In this document: positions 18,930-29,536 of the stretch, one piece after another
Layout: the number at the start of each line of letters is the position of its first letter
How positions within the stretch are numbered: position 1 is the first letter of the stretch
Assembly (NCBI GenBank): GCA_963833055.1
Contig: CAWHWM010000004.1
Location: forward strand, 135,643-199,642
Source of the DNA: Candidatus Dormiibacterota bacterium
GTDB lineage: Bacteria > Chloroflexota > Dormibacteria > Aeolococcales > Aeolococcaceae
DNA: 64,000 nucleotides
Direction of reading: 5' to 3'
Made by a program: the position numbers and the translations under genes
Notes under the pieces: model-generated
The model's input: the letters and a program-made list of their open reading frames with translations, nothing else
The model's database searches: none
What the model was told of the DNA's origin: nothing

Positions 18930-21092
18930 TCAGCGGTGTGCCGGTAGCGGTGCAGGTTCGGAGAACGCTCCCACATGCGTGTTGAACACCTCGAGCGAAG
19001 ACGGATCGGAAACGTTACGCCTGCGTCGATACGATGGGATTGCGATCAGCCCAAAGAGGATGAGGAGTACCGCGCCGCTCGCAACATAGGAGTCGCGGAC
19101 GGCCGGCCAGCGCCCATACGTCATGCTGATGGCTCCCGGAGGCACATTCGTGAAGCCGGTGAGCGCACCAAGCTCTTCCGATGCGTGCTGACCGTTCGCG
19201 GACCAGTCGGGGTCGAACGGCTCGGAGACGACAAGATATGGCGCGGCGCTCGCATTTCGTAGCGTCACCTGCACCGGGCTGTTGACCTTCGCGGCGGGTG
19301 CTGCACCCGGTGACGCGACTGCGCCGAGCGCCGGCTCCCGGATCGGCCCGGGACCAGGATTACGGACCACGACGTAGTAGTCAGCGAGCGACGTCTCCTG
19401 GGCGAGGCCGACGACATCGCCCCACGTATCGACCGTGATGGACGTCGTCGGTGCCGTGGCAAGCGGCGCGGGCTCCATGTTCTCGAAGAGCGTCAGGTCG
19501 CCCCAGTTCTTGACGACTCGGATGTCCGCCTGCGTATCCAGGAAGCTGTAGTCCTTCCAGTCATCAGTCTTCGCGAGCAGGACGTAACGGATTCCCAACG
19601 GCGCGAGCAACCTGCCGAGGTGCGTGGTGTCGGAACCGACAGAGAAAAGATACGTGAGATATTCCGACCGCGGATCGGTCAACTCGGTCTCGATATCGCC
19701 GGCCTCGATGTTGTCACCGGAGATCACGGGGCGTTGGAAGTACGACGCCATCGGATTGACAACTGTGCGTCCCTGGGTCCAGGGAAAGTCGAGGTAGAGA
19801 TGCCACGGTAATGCGAGCACGGCCTGGTCACCCGTCCCCATGATGCCGTCGGCCTGAGCCCACGATGCGGGATATGTGGAGGGCGCGGCATATCCGTCGA
19901 ATCCCCAGAAGGTCGTGAATCCGTACACGCACGGGATCGCAATGGCCAAGGCGATAGCGAACCGGCGTTGCATCGCTCGACGGACGAGGCCGGCGAGACA
20001 ACTGACCCCCAGTCCGAAGAAGGTTGCGTACGTCAGTGCGAGCAGCGCGCTGAACTTCTCCGGTTCGCGCATGATCGCGAACCCGGGAACATGGTCGTAG
20101 AGCAGCGTGAAGAGGCCGCCGGTTGGCCCCTGGTTGCCTAGCGCCAGAAAGTATGCGAGCACCGCGCTCACGCCCAATGCGATGACCAGAGATCGCGCGT
20201 GCAGACGGATCCAGGCGAACCAGCCACCCACGCCGGCGAGCACGAGGATCGCCAGCAGGAGGAAGGGCCAGCCGCTGATCGATGCCTTCGCGAGCGGATT
20301 GCCTGGGCGCCAGAACCCATACAGACCGAGGACGTTGAGCCCCAGGCCATAGCGTCCATCAGAGGTCGTCTGAAATGCGCTCAGATCCGAGTTTGTGACG
20401 GGCAGCGATTCGGGATGAAAGAGCAGTGCAGGGATCAGCCAGTACACCGATATGGCACCCACCGCAACGAGTGCGCCACCGATCTCCTTTGCGCGCTGCC
20501 AGTCACGTGATGCGAGATGCACTGCAAGGGCAACGATCACGAGAAGCCCGGCGATGAAGATGAAGTGCGGGGCGAGGGCGATCAAGAGCGCGACGAGCAG
20601 CCCGGTGAGCACCATGTGCGTCAGCGGTCGTGCGGTTCGACGGAACAGCATCGACGTCAAAAGCGGCAGCAGCGCGTAACCGACCGCGAGGTAGACCTGC
20701 CCGGCGCTCAGGCGGTCGTCGGTCCACGGATTGACCACGAAGACGACGGTCGCGGCAGCGACGGCCAGCGTGCGTGTGCCTAACAGGCGCCGAAAGCCGA
20801 CCCACGCGAGAGGTGCCAGGACAACGAACGGCAAGAGTCGCAGCCAACCCCAGTCGAGCGCACGGAAGACCGCATACAGCACCACGTCGACTGGAGCGCG
20901 CGTTACCAGTCCCGGTGGGAAACCCCAGACGCTCGTGTCCAGCTGCGGATTCGGGCCCGCCGGATACGTGCCGTAGTCAAGGAGGAGCAGTGTGCCCGAG
21001 CGCACTAAGGGCGCAACGATCGCGATCGTCAGTCCACCGCAGACGAGGATCGCGGTCAGCTTCGCGGTGTGTCTGTGCGCGATTGCGATCAC
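18930..21092 (-). CDS. polytopic membrane protein, GT-C-like glycosyltransferase (last gene of the glycan operon)
   Basis: 720 aa. It has roughly 12 hydrophobic helices in the first 430 aa, then a roughly 250-aa soluble domain, then a final TM helix (ASGAVLLILFGLIAIPSY) followed by RRRRN. The architecture resembles GT-C enzymes. I have no motif-level proof. Confidence 0.5.
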   Translation of the reverse strand: MIAIAHRHTAKLTAILVCGGLTIAIVAPLVRSGTLLLLDYGTYPAGPNPQLDTSVWGFPPGLVTRAPVDVVLYAVFRALDWGWLRLLPFVVLAPLAWVGFRRLLGTRTLAVAAATVVFVVNPWTDDRLSAGQVYLAVGYALLPLLTSMLFRRTARPLTHMVLTGLLVALLIALAPHFIFIAGLLVIVALAVHLASRDWQRAKEIGGALVAVGAISVYWLIPALLFHPESLPVTNSDLSAFQTTSDGRYGLGLNVLGLYGFWRPGNPLAKASISGWPFLLLAILVLAGVGGWFAWIRLHARSLVIALGVSAVLAYFLALGNQGPTGGLFTLLYDHVPGFAIMREPEKFSALLALTYATFFGLGVSCLAGLVRRAMQRRFAIALAIAIPCVYGFTTFWGFDGYAAPSTYPASWAQADGIMGTGDQAVLALPWHLYLDFPWTQGRTVVNPMASYFQRPVISGDNIEAGDIETELTDPRSEYLTYLFSVGSDTTHLGRLLAPLGIRYVLLAKTDDWKDYSFLDTQADIRVVKNWGDLTLFENMEPAPLATAPTTSITVDTWGDVVGLAQETSLADYYVVVRNPGPGPIREPALGAVASPGAAPAAKVNSPVQVTLRNASAAPYLVVSEPFDPDWSANGQHASEELGALTGFTNVPPGAISMTYGRWPAVRDSYVASGAVLLILFGLIAIPSYRRRRNVSDPSSLEVFNTHVGAFSEPAPLPAHR

Positions 21093-21162
21093 GTCTGCCG
21101 TGGCGTCGCCTCCGGCGGATGCGGAACGCTGTCAAACGCGAGCCGGATGAGCGCCATGGCGA

Positions 21163-24100
21163 TCAGGGCAACCGCGAAGATCGCCAGCGCGTCAAGGTTG
21201 CCGCCGCCACCGAGCAGCGCGACGACGGGACACGCTGCGATGACGATAGTCCTGCCAACCACGGCACCCACCACCGCCCCTGGAGCAGGAACAACGCCGC
21301 TCCGCCGCTCAGTACCGCGACAGCGAACTGGACGCGTGATGCCCCGGATTCCTGGAAGCCAACCGCGACCAGCGCGAGCACCATCGCGATGGACACCGTG
21401 ATCAACGCGGCCCGGAGCCACCTCGGCATCGGTGTGACCGCGCGAGCGGCAGCCGTCTCGGGGCGTGGTCGGATCCGCCACATCGCGAAAACGATGCCAA
21501 GCAGCACGACCATCGACGCGACGAGCGCGGCAAGACCGATTTCGTTGCCGGAGTAGGTGAGCGTGATCGAATGCGCACCCGCCGCGAGCAGGTAGCCGTT
21601 GACCACTGACCCAGCTGGGATGGGCGTTTCGCTGTGGCCACCGCTCGACAAGAGCCACCCGGGGTCATATCCCTGGTTGAACACGAGAACACCCGCGTGC
21701 GGTGACGTGAAGCTCGTCTCGTAGGTCGACCCTGCAGTGACCTTCGGCGTGACCACGGGAAGCGCATGGATGCCGTCCGGCGGCATCACGATTGCCTGGC
21801 ATCCCTGACTCAGCGCGCCGGTGGGAACGTCAACGCTGAGCACGCCCGCGGATATCGAAGCGCCGGCCGGCCCCGAGGGCATTCCCGCGCAGCGGCCGCC
21901 GGACTGTGCCGACAGGAGCTGCACCGGAGTCCCGGCGATTGCATACGGGGTGGCGTACGCCTCGGCGATGCTCGTCAGGGCACCGGAGAGTGCGGGCACA
22001 CCCACTCTGAACGTGCTCGAGGAGTCCTTGGACGGCAGCGCGATGCGGATGCCGGTCACGTCAGACCAGTTGGCGTTGTCCGATTCGGCCGGATTGTCGG
22101 TGCTCAGAGCGATCGTCCGCCATCCGCTGCTGTCGTCCTTGACGGTGTAATACGCGTCGCCTGCGCCGTTGCTGAATGTCACCACCACCTGGTACGTCAG
22201 ACCGCTGTCTGTTCCGTCGAAGTCCAGGAACACATCTGCACGGTGCGACCAGTTCTGTGCGGCGGTAAAGCTGTGTTGCACCGCGGCGTACGTATCGCGG
22301 CCGGCCGGAACCGCAACGTCCGCCGCCGGAGCACCGGCCTCGGTGACGTCTGGAGAGACGGTCACTTCGTCTGTCGGGGCCCAGAAGGCGAGCGCCGTGC
22401 CCGGAAGCGAGGTGACGGGCTCAAACGCTGCCGACGACTGTGCCGACGCGCCCGGCGAGCCAAGGTCAAACGCGTACGCGACGTGACCGGCCGCCAACTC
22501 CAGCGCCGCGTCGATCTGTGATTCGTCTGCGAGGCGTACCCCACTGTTGACCACGCGGGTCTCGTCCACCTCATACGTGTCACCGAACTCGGATCGTTGC
22601 GCGGCGATGGTCACCACATGCGCGCCGGCTGGCAGCGACACGGTCGCAGTTGGGACCCACGCGAACGTGTTCGCGCCAACGGCGAGCGGCGTCTTCTGGT
22701 AGACCATGTGACCGTCGACAGACACCGTGATCGTCGCTGCATCCGGGGACAACTCGATGTGTGCCCAGACCTCGACGGTCTGCGCAGTGGGCAAGGTGAA
22801 GGTCGACGTCGCCTTGGTGGTGGCAGGCAGCGGGATGCCCTGGTTCGGATCGGCGAGCGCGCCGAGGAACGTGCTCTGGTCCGAGGGCAGCAGCAGCGTC
22901 TGGCGTCCCGGTTGCGGATCGGAGGTGATCCCCGAGAGCTTGGTGAGCGGAGATGCAGCCAGCGCAGCCAGCTCCCCGGCCTGCGAGGGGCCTGCGACGA
23001 CGAGCGACGCCTCGTTGATGACGCTCAGCAGGCGGGGAAGGCCACCGTCGGCGATCAGGTCGTCGGCATCGAACGCGGCCCAGTCCGACGGGTTCACGCC
23101 GGGGATGTCCGCGAAGTCCGCGAGCTCTGCGCGACCCCCGAGCACCACCGCGATATTCGGACGGAAGGTGATCATCGGACTCGCCGACGCGAGCCGGTAG
23201 ACGGTTCCTCCGGTGGTCGTGGTGACCGGAACGAGCCCCTGCATGCCCTGCGCTTCGACTTGCTGATAGTTGCTGCCACGCGCGCTGTCCACCACCTGCG
23301 CCGCCTGAATCGGCTCATTGAGGCTCACGAGGTCGCTAACGCCTACCGAGGCCAGCAGGCGCGCAAACGCAGGATTCCCGGAGCCCAGCAGTGTTGACGT
23401 GTATGCGATGTAGTCGCTGATGCGTTGATCCCAGTCGCCGGTGCCAAGCGTGGAGACACCGGTGAACAGGGGGCTCTCGTATCCGAGGTCGTGCTCGTAG
23501 CCCGAGTACGACGCCGTGTCGACGAACATCGTCGACTGGTCATACGGGATTGTGGCAGTGATTCCCGGAGCGGCGCCTCGGAGCGAGTCGAGGAGTTGCA
23601 CCTGGTCCGCGGGGGGTTCCCACGTCCTGAGGCCGCTTGCGATTGTCGGCGCCACCTGCAGCAGCATCCCTGCCACGAGAAGCAACGCGAACGTCCTGGT
23701 GACGACGAGGCCGGCGCGCCGTGGCACGCGGATGCGTGCGAGAAGCGCCGGGCCGCGGGACACGAGCCGGTCGACGGTGATCCCGGCCATGATGCCGAGT
23801 GCCAGCGCCTCGAAGATAAGCCACCGATTGGGGTCTCGGATGTCCGAGACGATCGGGATGTGATTGACCGCCCAGGTATAGAGATTGCCAAACGGGGGGT
23901 CCGAGCCCTTGGCGAGGAACACTGCGACGATCGCCATGACGGCGAGAAAGATCGTGCGGCGACCGTGTTGCCATGCCAGCGCCAGAAACGCGCACGCGAC
24001 CACCAGGCTCGCCGCTGCGTAGTACGCCCAGAGCGGCAGAAACGGGAACGAGAACCACGTCTGCTGTCCGGTGAAGGCGAGGTAACCGATCTCACGGCCG

Positions 24101-24987
24101 AAGCCGAGCAGCGACTGGTACGCGCTCAGCGTGTGTGTGGCGATCTGCTGCAGGTCGAAGAGCTGTCCTGACGACAGCCACTTCGGCCCGTAGCCGACCG
24201 CTACCGGGAGGATCTGGTAGATGTTGAGTGCCAGCGCCGCAGGCACCGCGACCGCGATGGTCTTCAGTGCGTTGCGCACCGGGCGCCGCGGTGCTGCATA
24301 CGGCACCGCGAAGCAGGTATACAACGCCATAAACGGGACGACGTAGAGCACCATGTCGAGCCGGATCAGCAGCATCGCGGTCACAAACAGCGCCAACGTG
24401 AGTGCGCGACGCACGGTGAATCGTTGCAGGCACTGCGACCAGCTCCACAGCAACACCGGCGCCAGGGCGATTGCCATGGCGACGTTGAGCTGCCCGCTTC
24501 CCCAGCGTGACAACGCAGCCTGGGACAGCATGTACAGCAGCCCGGCTACGAATGCGACCAGCCGTCGGCGGTACCACGACCATGCGAGGAGGTATGCCGA
24601 CGCCCCAGTCGCGAAGATGACGAGCACGTCAAGGAGCTTCACGGTGACCACCGGACTTCCGGTGAGGATGGTCAACGCCCCCATAACGTTGTCGAGGTTC
24701 CACGTCCGCGGATAGCCCAGAGACGTCGGCGTCCAGAGGCTCAGCGCGTTGCTGACTGTCGCGTTCTGCGCCGCGCGCGAGACGAAGCCGAGCATGTCGG
24801 TCCCTGCGGGCAACTGCGTCGTCAGCAGGAATCCCCGTGTGAGCCAGAGCGTCGTCGCAAGCAGGAGCGCGATCGGCGGGGTGTGACCGCCGGCGATGCG
24901 GCGCCAGTTGATCGCGAAGACAGGCCGTGGGAACCAGGGTCTGGCCGGCGGCGCTACCTCAGCTGCGCTCTTTGCCACCCGGTCCAT
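21163..24987 (-). CDS. AftD-like giant GT-C membrane glycosyltransferase
   Basis: The ORF is open to 25131, and the likely start is ATG at 24987 (MDRVAKS...). It has a roughly 500-aa multi-helix N-terminal domain, a roughly 650-aa soluble region, and three more C-terminal TM helices (LAALVASMVVLLGIVFAMW, AALITVSIAMVLALVAVGF, AVAVLSGGAALFLL). This is the domain order of mycobacterial arabinofuranosyltransferase AftD (DUF3367 family). Confidence 0.6.
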   Translation of the reverse strand: MDRVAKSAAEVAPPARPWFPRPVFAINWRRIAGGHTPPIALLLATTLWLTRGFLLTTQLPAGTDMLGFVSRAAQNATVSNALSLWTPTSLGYPRTWNLDNVMGALTILTGSPVVTVKLLDVLVIFATGASAYLLAWSWYRRRLVAFVAGLLYMLSQAALSRWGSGQLNVAMAIALAPVLLWSWSQCLQRFTVRRALTLALFVTAMLLIRLDMVLYVVPFMALYTCFAVPYAAPRRPVRNALKTIAVAVPAALALNIYQILPVAVGYGPKWLSSGQLFDLQQIATHTLSAYQSLLGFGREIGYLAFTGQQTWFSFPFLPLWAYYAAASLVVACAFLALAWQHGRRTIFLAVMAIVAVFLAKGSDPPFGNLYTWAVNHIPIVSDIRDPNRWLIFEALALGIMAGITVDRLVSRGPALLARIRVPRRAGLVVTRTFALLLVAGMLLQVAPTIASGLRTWEPPADQVQLLDSLRGAAPGITATIPYDQSTMFVDTASYSGYEHDLGYESPLFTGVSTLGTGDWDQRISDYIAYTSTLLGSGNPAFARLLASVGVSDLVSLNEPIQAAQVVDSARGSNYQQVEAQGMQGLVPVTTTTGGTVYRLASASPMITFRPNIAVVLGGRAELADFADIPGVNPSDWAAFDADDLIADGGLPRLLSVINEASLVVAGPSQAGELAALAASPLTKLSGITSDPQPGRQTLLLPSDQSTFLGALADPNQGIPLPATTKATSTFTLPTAQTVEVWAHIELSPDAATITVSVDGHMVYQKTPLAVGANTFAWVPTATVSLPAGAHVVTIAAQRSEFGDTYEVDETRVVNSGVRLADESQIDAALELAAGHVAYAFDLGSPGASAQSSAAFEPVTSLPGTALAFWAPTDEVTVSPDVTEAGAPAADVAVPAGRDTYAAVQHSFTAAQNWSHRADVFLDFDGTDSGLTYQVVVTFSNGAGDAYYTVKDDSSGWRTIALSTDNPAESDNANWSDVTGIRIALPSKDSSSTFRVGVPALSGALTSIAEAYATPYAIAGTPVQLLSAQSGGRCAGMPSGPAGASISAGVLSVDVPTGALSQGCQAIVMPPDGIHALPVVTPKVTAGSTYETSFTSPHAGVLVFNQGYDPGWLLSSGGHSETPIPAGSVVNGYLLAAGAHSITLTYSGNEIGLAALVASMVVLLGIVFAMWRIRPRPETAAARAVTPMPRWLRAALITVSIAMVLALVAVGFQESGASRVQFAVAVLSGGAALFLLQGRWWVPWLAGLSSSQRVPSSRCSVAAATLTRWRSSRLP

Positions 24988-26002
24988 CCGCCAGTTGCCG
25001 GTACAGCGCCACGGTCTGATCGGCAGCGTGATCAAGCAGGAATCCGGCCTCCACGAACGCTCGTCCGGCCGCGCCGATCCTGCGTTGCAACTGCCGGTCA
25101 AGGAGGAGGTGGGCGATGTCGTCGGCGGCACGAGCGTGATCGCCGAAGCGGATCACCGCGCCGCCGGTTTGCGCGACGAGTGGGGCGAGCGCAACCCCTT
25201 CAGTGACGACGACCGGACAGCTGTGCGCCCACGCCTCGATCACCACGCGCGAGAACGCCTCGTACCGGGAAGGGACCAGCGTCACGTCCGCAGTCCCGTA
25301 CGCGAGGTCGACCAGAACATCGCTGATCCATCCGCTGCACACGACACCGGGGATTGACGCGAGGCGGTGGTCGGAAGGCGTGCCGATCAGGAGGAGCGTC
25401 GCGTCCTCGAACCGGAGACGGAGTGTGGTGACGATCTCGGCGGCGTAGTCGAGGCCCTTACGCCCCTCCGAGCGCCCAACGCAGATGATCAAGGGCCCAT
25501 TGCCCACACCGAGGTGACGGCGCGCCGCGCGCCGCTCCGCGTCACTCAGGACGGGCGTCAACGAGCGCACGGCCGGTGGGATGACACGGACGCATGGGGC
25601 ACCCATCCGCGTGAAGAAATCGGCTTCCTCATCGGTGAGTGCCACGACGGCATCCGTGAAGCGCGCGGCATGTGGCGCCGCGTAGTCGAAGCCTTCCATC
25701 ACGCGGAGCGCGCCGCGATTGCGCCACATCGCCCGCCGCGCCGGGTGGAACGTCGGCGTCCATACGAGCGGCCGGCGCGCAGCCTTTGCGGTCGCCATCA
25801 TCGACCATGCGGTGGGTGATGGCAGACACCCGTAGACGTGGACAAGCGCTCGAGGCAGGCGGCGGAGACCGGCGCGCAGCTCCGCGAGCGTGCGAACAAC
25901 CAGGACGTCTCCACCTCGACGTCGCACGGCGTCGGCCTGGTTGTCGACATCGACGCGGATACCGCCCGGCTGGCGCACCGAGTACGCCAGAAGCGCTTGC
26001 AT
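24959..26002 (-). CDS. glycosyltransferase family 4 (GT-B, group 1)
   Basis: C-terminal GT1/GT4 signature: DVTLVPSRYEAFSRVVIEAWAHSCPVVVTEGVALAPLV. The likely start is ATG at 26002 (MQALLAY), directly after the upstream stop. The ORF as tracked reaches 26065. Confidence 0.85.
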   Translation of the reverse strand: MQALLAYSVRQPGGIRVDVDNQADAVRRRGGDVLVVRTLAELRAGLRRLPRALVHVYGCLPSPTAWSMMATAKAARRPLVWTPTFHPARRAMWRNRGALRVMEGFDYAAPHAARFTDAVVALTDEEADFFTRMGAPCVRVIPPAVRSLTPVLSDAERRAARRHLGVGNGPLIICVGRSEGRKGLDYAAEIVTTLRLRFEDATLLLIGTPSDHRLASIPGVVCSGWISDVLVDLAYGTADVTLVPSRYEAFSRVVIEAWAHSCPVVVTEGVALAPLVAQTGGAVIRFGDHARAADDIAHLLLDRQLQRRIGAAGRAFVEAGFLLDHAADQTVALYRQLADGPGGKERS

Positions 26003-26003
26003 C

Positions 26004-27008
26004 TCAGAGACCTGCCAGCGCGTGTGCGCTCGCCCATTCGCGTCGCAACACGTCGCGGAATCCACGCCAGTCGCGGTGCGGCGCGTGCAACCATACCGGC
26101 AACGGCTTCATCGCGGTCTCAAGCGCTGCTGGGTTCACAGTGCCGTCGTCATCGACGACCTCGAGGAGTCGCGCAGCAGCATCAGCGAGCTCGTATTCGA
26201 ACGAGCTCGTTCGTGCCACCGCGGCGACACGGTTTTGTCCGCGCAGACGTGACAGCGACGCGTATTGCGCGTTGCGGACGATCGCCCGGAGGATCCCTGC
26301 TTCGGGCCGCACGGTCGCGATCTCGCTGAGGAGCAGTCCCCGCATGGCGAACCAGGCGCGAGGATTCGACAACTCCGCGAGCAGTGCCGCGACGCCGGGA
26401 TCCTGTGACCGCGTCATTGCCTCAGCGAGTGTGGGGGCGTAGTCACCCTGGCGGAGCAGGCGCAGCTGCACGATGTGGAGCAATGCCTTTCTCACGCCGC
26501 GCGTGACGCCCTCGCCCGACCACGACTCGGTGGGCTCGGGTGCGCCGGCGGCGTCGAGGAGGACGAACACCGAGGTCATCAGATACGAGTAGGCACTCGT
26601 TGCGGTGAGCTGGAACGGCGCCGGCCGCTCGATCGGAAAATCGTCCGGCGCGAACAGCACTGTCCCTTCCGTGTGCAGCTTCCAGACAAAGAGGTTCGTT
26701 GCGCTGCGCCAGAGCTGAAAAGCGGGAAGGGGATTCAGCGAGACCGGAGCAACGAGCAAGCGCTCCAGTGTGATGCGGGCCTCGGCGAGACGTGCGACCG
26801 AACGCGGGATGCAACTCAGCGGGAGCACGACGACGATGTCATAGTCACTTGCGCTGTCCCAGGCCCCGGTTGCCCTGCTGCCGGTGAGGAAGATTGGCAC
26901 CGGCCCCACGGCACGGTGGATCGTCTCGACGATGCCGTCCCAATCGGGTTCGACAGTGGCCGTGCCGGTGCCCGGCGTGACCGTGGTACCAGCGGCAACT
27001 GCGGTCAT
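26004..27008 (-). CDS. Pol-beta-superfamily nucleotidyltransferase domain protein with helical C-terminal domain
   Basis: FLTGSRATGAWDSASDYDIVVVLP matches the G-S-x(n)-D-x-D minimal nucleotidyltransferase motif. The remaining roughly 230 aa are helical and have no recognisable family. The gene is translationally coupled on both sides (27005-27008 and 26002-26006). Confidence 0.5.
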   Translation of the reverse strand: MTAVAAGTTVTPGTGTATVEPDWDGIVETIHRAVGPVPIFLTGSRATGAWDSASDYDIVVVLPLSCIPRSVARLAEARITLERLLVAPVSLNPLPAFQLWRSATNLFVWKLHTEGTVLFAPDDFPIERPAPFQLTATSAYSYLMTSVFVLLDAAGAPEPTESWSGEGVTRGVRKALLHIVQLRLLRQGDYAPTLAEAMTRSQDPGVAALLAELSNPRAWFAMRGLLLSEIATVRPEAGILRAIVRNAQYASLSRLRGQNRVAAVARTSSFEYELADAAARLLEVVDDDGTVNPAALETAMKPLPVWLHAPHRDWRGFRDVLRREWASAHALAGL

Positions 27009-28312
27009 GTGCTCACTCCTGCGCTCACTGGGGTTGCCGTGCGGGCACCATCGAGATCAACGGTGCGGACACTCGCGGGCTTTCGCGACATTGCCCACGC
27101 TGCCAGCACGGCGGCCGTCAGACCGAACGTGACAATGAGCACGTGGAGCAGTTGGGGGATGGTGCTGTGACTGGTGTGCATGCCGATCAGCAGCGCGACC
27201 GCCGCGACGGCGAGGACGCCGATCACCGCACTCTGCCGCTGCGCGAGCAGATACATGGCGCACAGGTACACGCACCCGTAGAGACCGAAGGCAATTCCCG
27301 CGAGGCCGACGAACTGGCCTGCCGCACTGAATCTGGCACCGAGGAGCGGCAGCACGACGAGCTGTGGCGCCATGCTGAACACCGCCGCGACGACGAGTGC
27401 GCCGGCAACGATTGTCCCGAGGGCGATCCCGAGCGTCTTGCGCGCGTCCTCACCACGGTCGTGGTGAGCGCTGAAGAGCGGGAAGAGATAGATCGCCAGC
27501 ACTGACGTGATGAAGTAGACGATCTTTCCGCAGATCGAGACCCCGGCGTAGAGGCCTGCGGTTTCCGGGCTGAGGTAGTGCTTGGCAGCGAGCGTGTCGC
27601 TCGAGAGCAGCACGGCGAGCAGAACCAGCGTCGCCAGCGTGATGAGCGAATAGCGCGCGGGATGCACATGCGGGACGTGACGCACCTCGCCAACGGGGAG
27701 ATAGCGAAGCATCAGCGATCCAACCAGGAGCGCAGAGGCCGCGCCGACCACCACAGCGAGCATGCCGCCCGTCGCACCGCGCCAGAACAGCGTGAGCAGC
27801 GCAATGGCGCTCGCTATCTTCGCGATGGCTTCGACGGCGGTGCTGATCGCCAGACGCCCAAAGCGCTGTGATCCCTGAAAGACACCGCGTTGGAGCAGCG
27901 CGATGCACCAGAGTGGCAACGCTGCAGCCAGAACGATGATCGGTCCGGTGGTGTCGATCTTCAGGAAGCCGGAGATCCACGGACTGGCGGCCGCGAGCGC
28001 AACGCACGCCACCATCCCGGCCACCCCGAGGCGCCACCCGTAGAACCACATCGCGCCGCGCAACTCCGCCCAGCGGCCGGTGCTGATGTACGCGGTCGTC
28101 TCGCGACTGGCCACCGTCTGGATCGTGGTGAAAATCGGGTTGACGAGGTAGAGGAGACCGACAGCGGCAGCGAGTGAACCATACGTCGCCGGTCCGAGGA
28201 GCCGAGCGCCAGCCGCGTTGAAGACGAAGTTCGACATCTGCCAAAGCAGCGTCGCGGCAAGCACCGGAGCGCCGGCGCGCACGAACGGCATCCGGACGAG
28301 CCGTCCGATCAT
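27005..28312 (-). CDS. polysaccharide/oligosaccharide flippase (Wzx/MOP-type polysaccharide biosynthesis protein)
   Basis: It has roughly 12-14 TM helices and the family-typical N-terminus (...FNAAGARLLGPATYGSLAAAVGLLYL). ATG at 28312 overlaps the upstream stop (ATGA at 28309-28312). The ORF as tracked reaches 28384. Confidence 0.75.
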   Translation of the reverse strand: MIGRLVRMPFVRAGAPVLAATLLWQMSNFVFNAAGARLLGPATYGSLAAAVGLLYLVNPIFTTIQTVASRETTAYISTGRWAELRGAMWFYGWRLGVAGMVACVALAAASPWISGFLKIDTTGPIIVLAAALPLWCIALLQRGVFQGSQRFGRLAISTAVEAIAKIASAIALLTLFWRGATGGMLAVVVGAASALLVGSLMLRYLPVGEVRHVPHVHPARYSLITLATLVLLAVLLSSDTLAAKHYLSPETAGLYAGVSICGKIVYFITSVLAIYLFPLFSAHHDRGEDARKTLGIALGTIVAGALVVAAVFSMAPQLVVLPLLGARFSAAGQFVGLAGIAFGLYGCVYLCAMYLLAQRQSAVIGVLAVAAVALLIGMHTSHSTIPQLLHVLIVTFGLTAAVLAAWAMSRKPASVRTVDLDGARTATPVSAGVST

Positions 28313-29535
28313 CGAGCCAGCGCGAGGTCGGCCATGGCGGCTGCCACCGTTGCCTCTTCCACGAGACCGAGCAGCGACAGGCACATCGGCGCGATGTCCA
28401 CCATCTCAGGCGCGGCAGCCGGTGCTGAACCGACCTGCGCCGGCGCTACCACGATGCCGAGTTGATCGAGATCCGCAGGGTCATACGCATGCATGGCTTT
28501 CGGCTTGATGTATGAGTGGAAGTTGGGGAAGATCGCCCTGCCGGGCTTGAGCAGGAACATTTCGTCGCCGTAAAGCCGTGAGTTGAAGCGCAGGTGGAAC
28601 GCATCGGTCTCATGGCTGTCGAGCCAGTGACCGCTGTAGGTGTTCGCGACGATCTCGCGCACCTCATCACGCAGCGCCGCGTCGTCCTGCCAGTACCAGA
28701 CGCGGACCATCGTGGCGTCAAGGGCGAAGAGGAAGCGCTTGGGAAACTCCGGATGCCGGTGCAGACGCGGAATGCCGTGCTGCTCCTCGATGCGCGACAT
28801 CCCGTGATCCGAGAATACAAGCGCCGGTAAGTCGGGGAACTGCCGGTGTACCGCGTCCACGGTCTGGCGGATCAGATCGTCCGTGCCCCGGACCGACTGC
28901 CGGAAGCGCTGCGAGTCGAGTCCGAACACGTGCGAGGCCATGTCGATGTGGTGCAGGTACACAAAGACCAACCCGATGTTCGTGGGGAGATTTGCTGCTC
29001 GACGCAGGAGCGTCTCCCGATCGAGCTTCGATGAGTCGAGGTAAACGAATGGGAGTCCCGCATCCCGGCATCGGTCGAAGATGGTTGGGCATTGCAGCGC
29101 GTGATACGAGGTCATCGGGACGCGGAGCGTCAGATCGAAGAACGGCAGGGCACGGAAGGGAACGTTGCGCAGGTCCATGTGCTCGAGCCTGTGACGGCGC
29201 GCCACGGCTCGCATCGCGCTCATCGACACCGCCAGCTTGGTGCCGCGAAGGACGGTGTCGCTCGGAAAGCCGTCGAGTGCTCCCAGGCTATGCGCCCATC
29301 CCCACGGTGACGAGTTGGGGCGCATGCCGTACTCCATCCAGTATCCGTGCTCGTCGGGATAGCGTCCGGTGAACGCCGTGGCGCGAATGCCGTCGCTGTA
29401 TCCAAGGATTGAGCGCAGCGGCGAGCTCCAGCCCGCCTGAGCGAGCGAGTGGAGGAACGGCGTCGTCCGCTCGCTGAGATAGTCGTGCCGGAACGCGTCG
29501 GCGAGGACGCAGATGACGGGTGGTCGCCGCTGCAT
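28309..29535 (-). CDS. alkaline-phosphatase-superfamily enzyme (type I phosphodiesterase/nucleotide pyrophosphatase-like)
   Basis: The metal-site-like N-terminus VICVLADAFRHDY and the C-terminal LVFSDHGMS fit the AlkP/NPP core. The likely start is ATG at 29535 (MQRRPPVICVL), just after the upstream stop at 29537. Confidence 0.7.
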   Translation of the reverse strand: MQRRPPVICVLADAFRHDYLSERTTPFLHSLAQAGWSSPLRSILGYSDGIRATAFTGRYPDEHGYWMEYGMRPNSSPWGWAHSLGALDGFPSDTVLRGTKLAVSMSAMRAVARRHRLEHMDLRNVPFRALPFFDLTLRVPMTSYHALQCPTIFDRCRDAGLPFVYLDSSKLDRETLLRRAANLPTNIGLVFVYLHHIDMASHVFGLDSQRFRQSVRGTDDLIRQTVDAVHRQFPDLPALVFSDHGMSRIEEQHGIPRLHRHPEFPKRFLFALDATMVRVWYWQDDAALRDEVREIVANTYSGHWLDSHETDAFHLRFNSRLYGDEMFLLKPGRAIFPNFHSYIKPKAMHAYDPADLDQLGIVVAPAQVGSAPAAAPEMVDIAPMCLSLLGLVEEATVAAAMADLALAR

Positions 29536-29536
29536 C

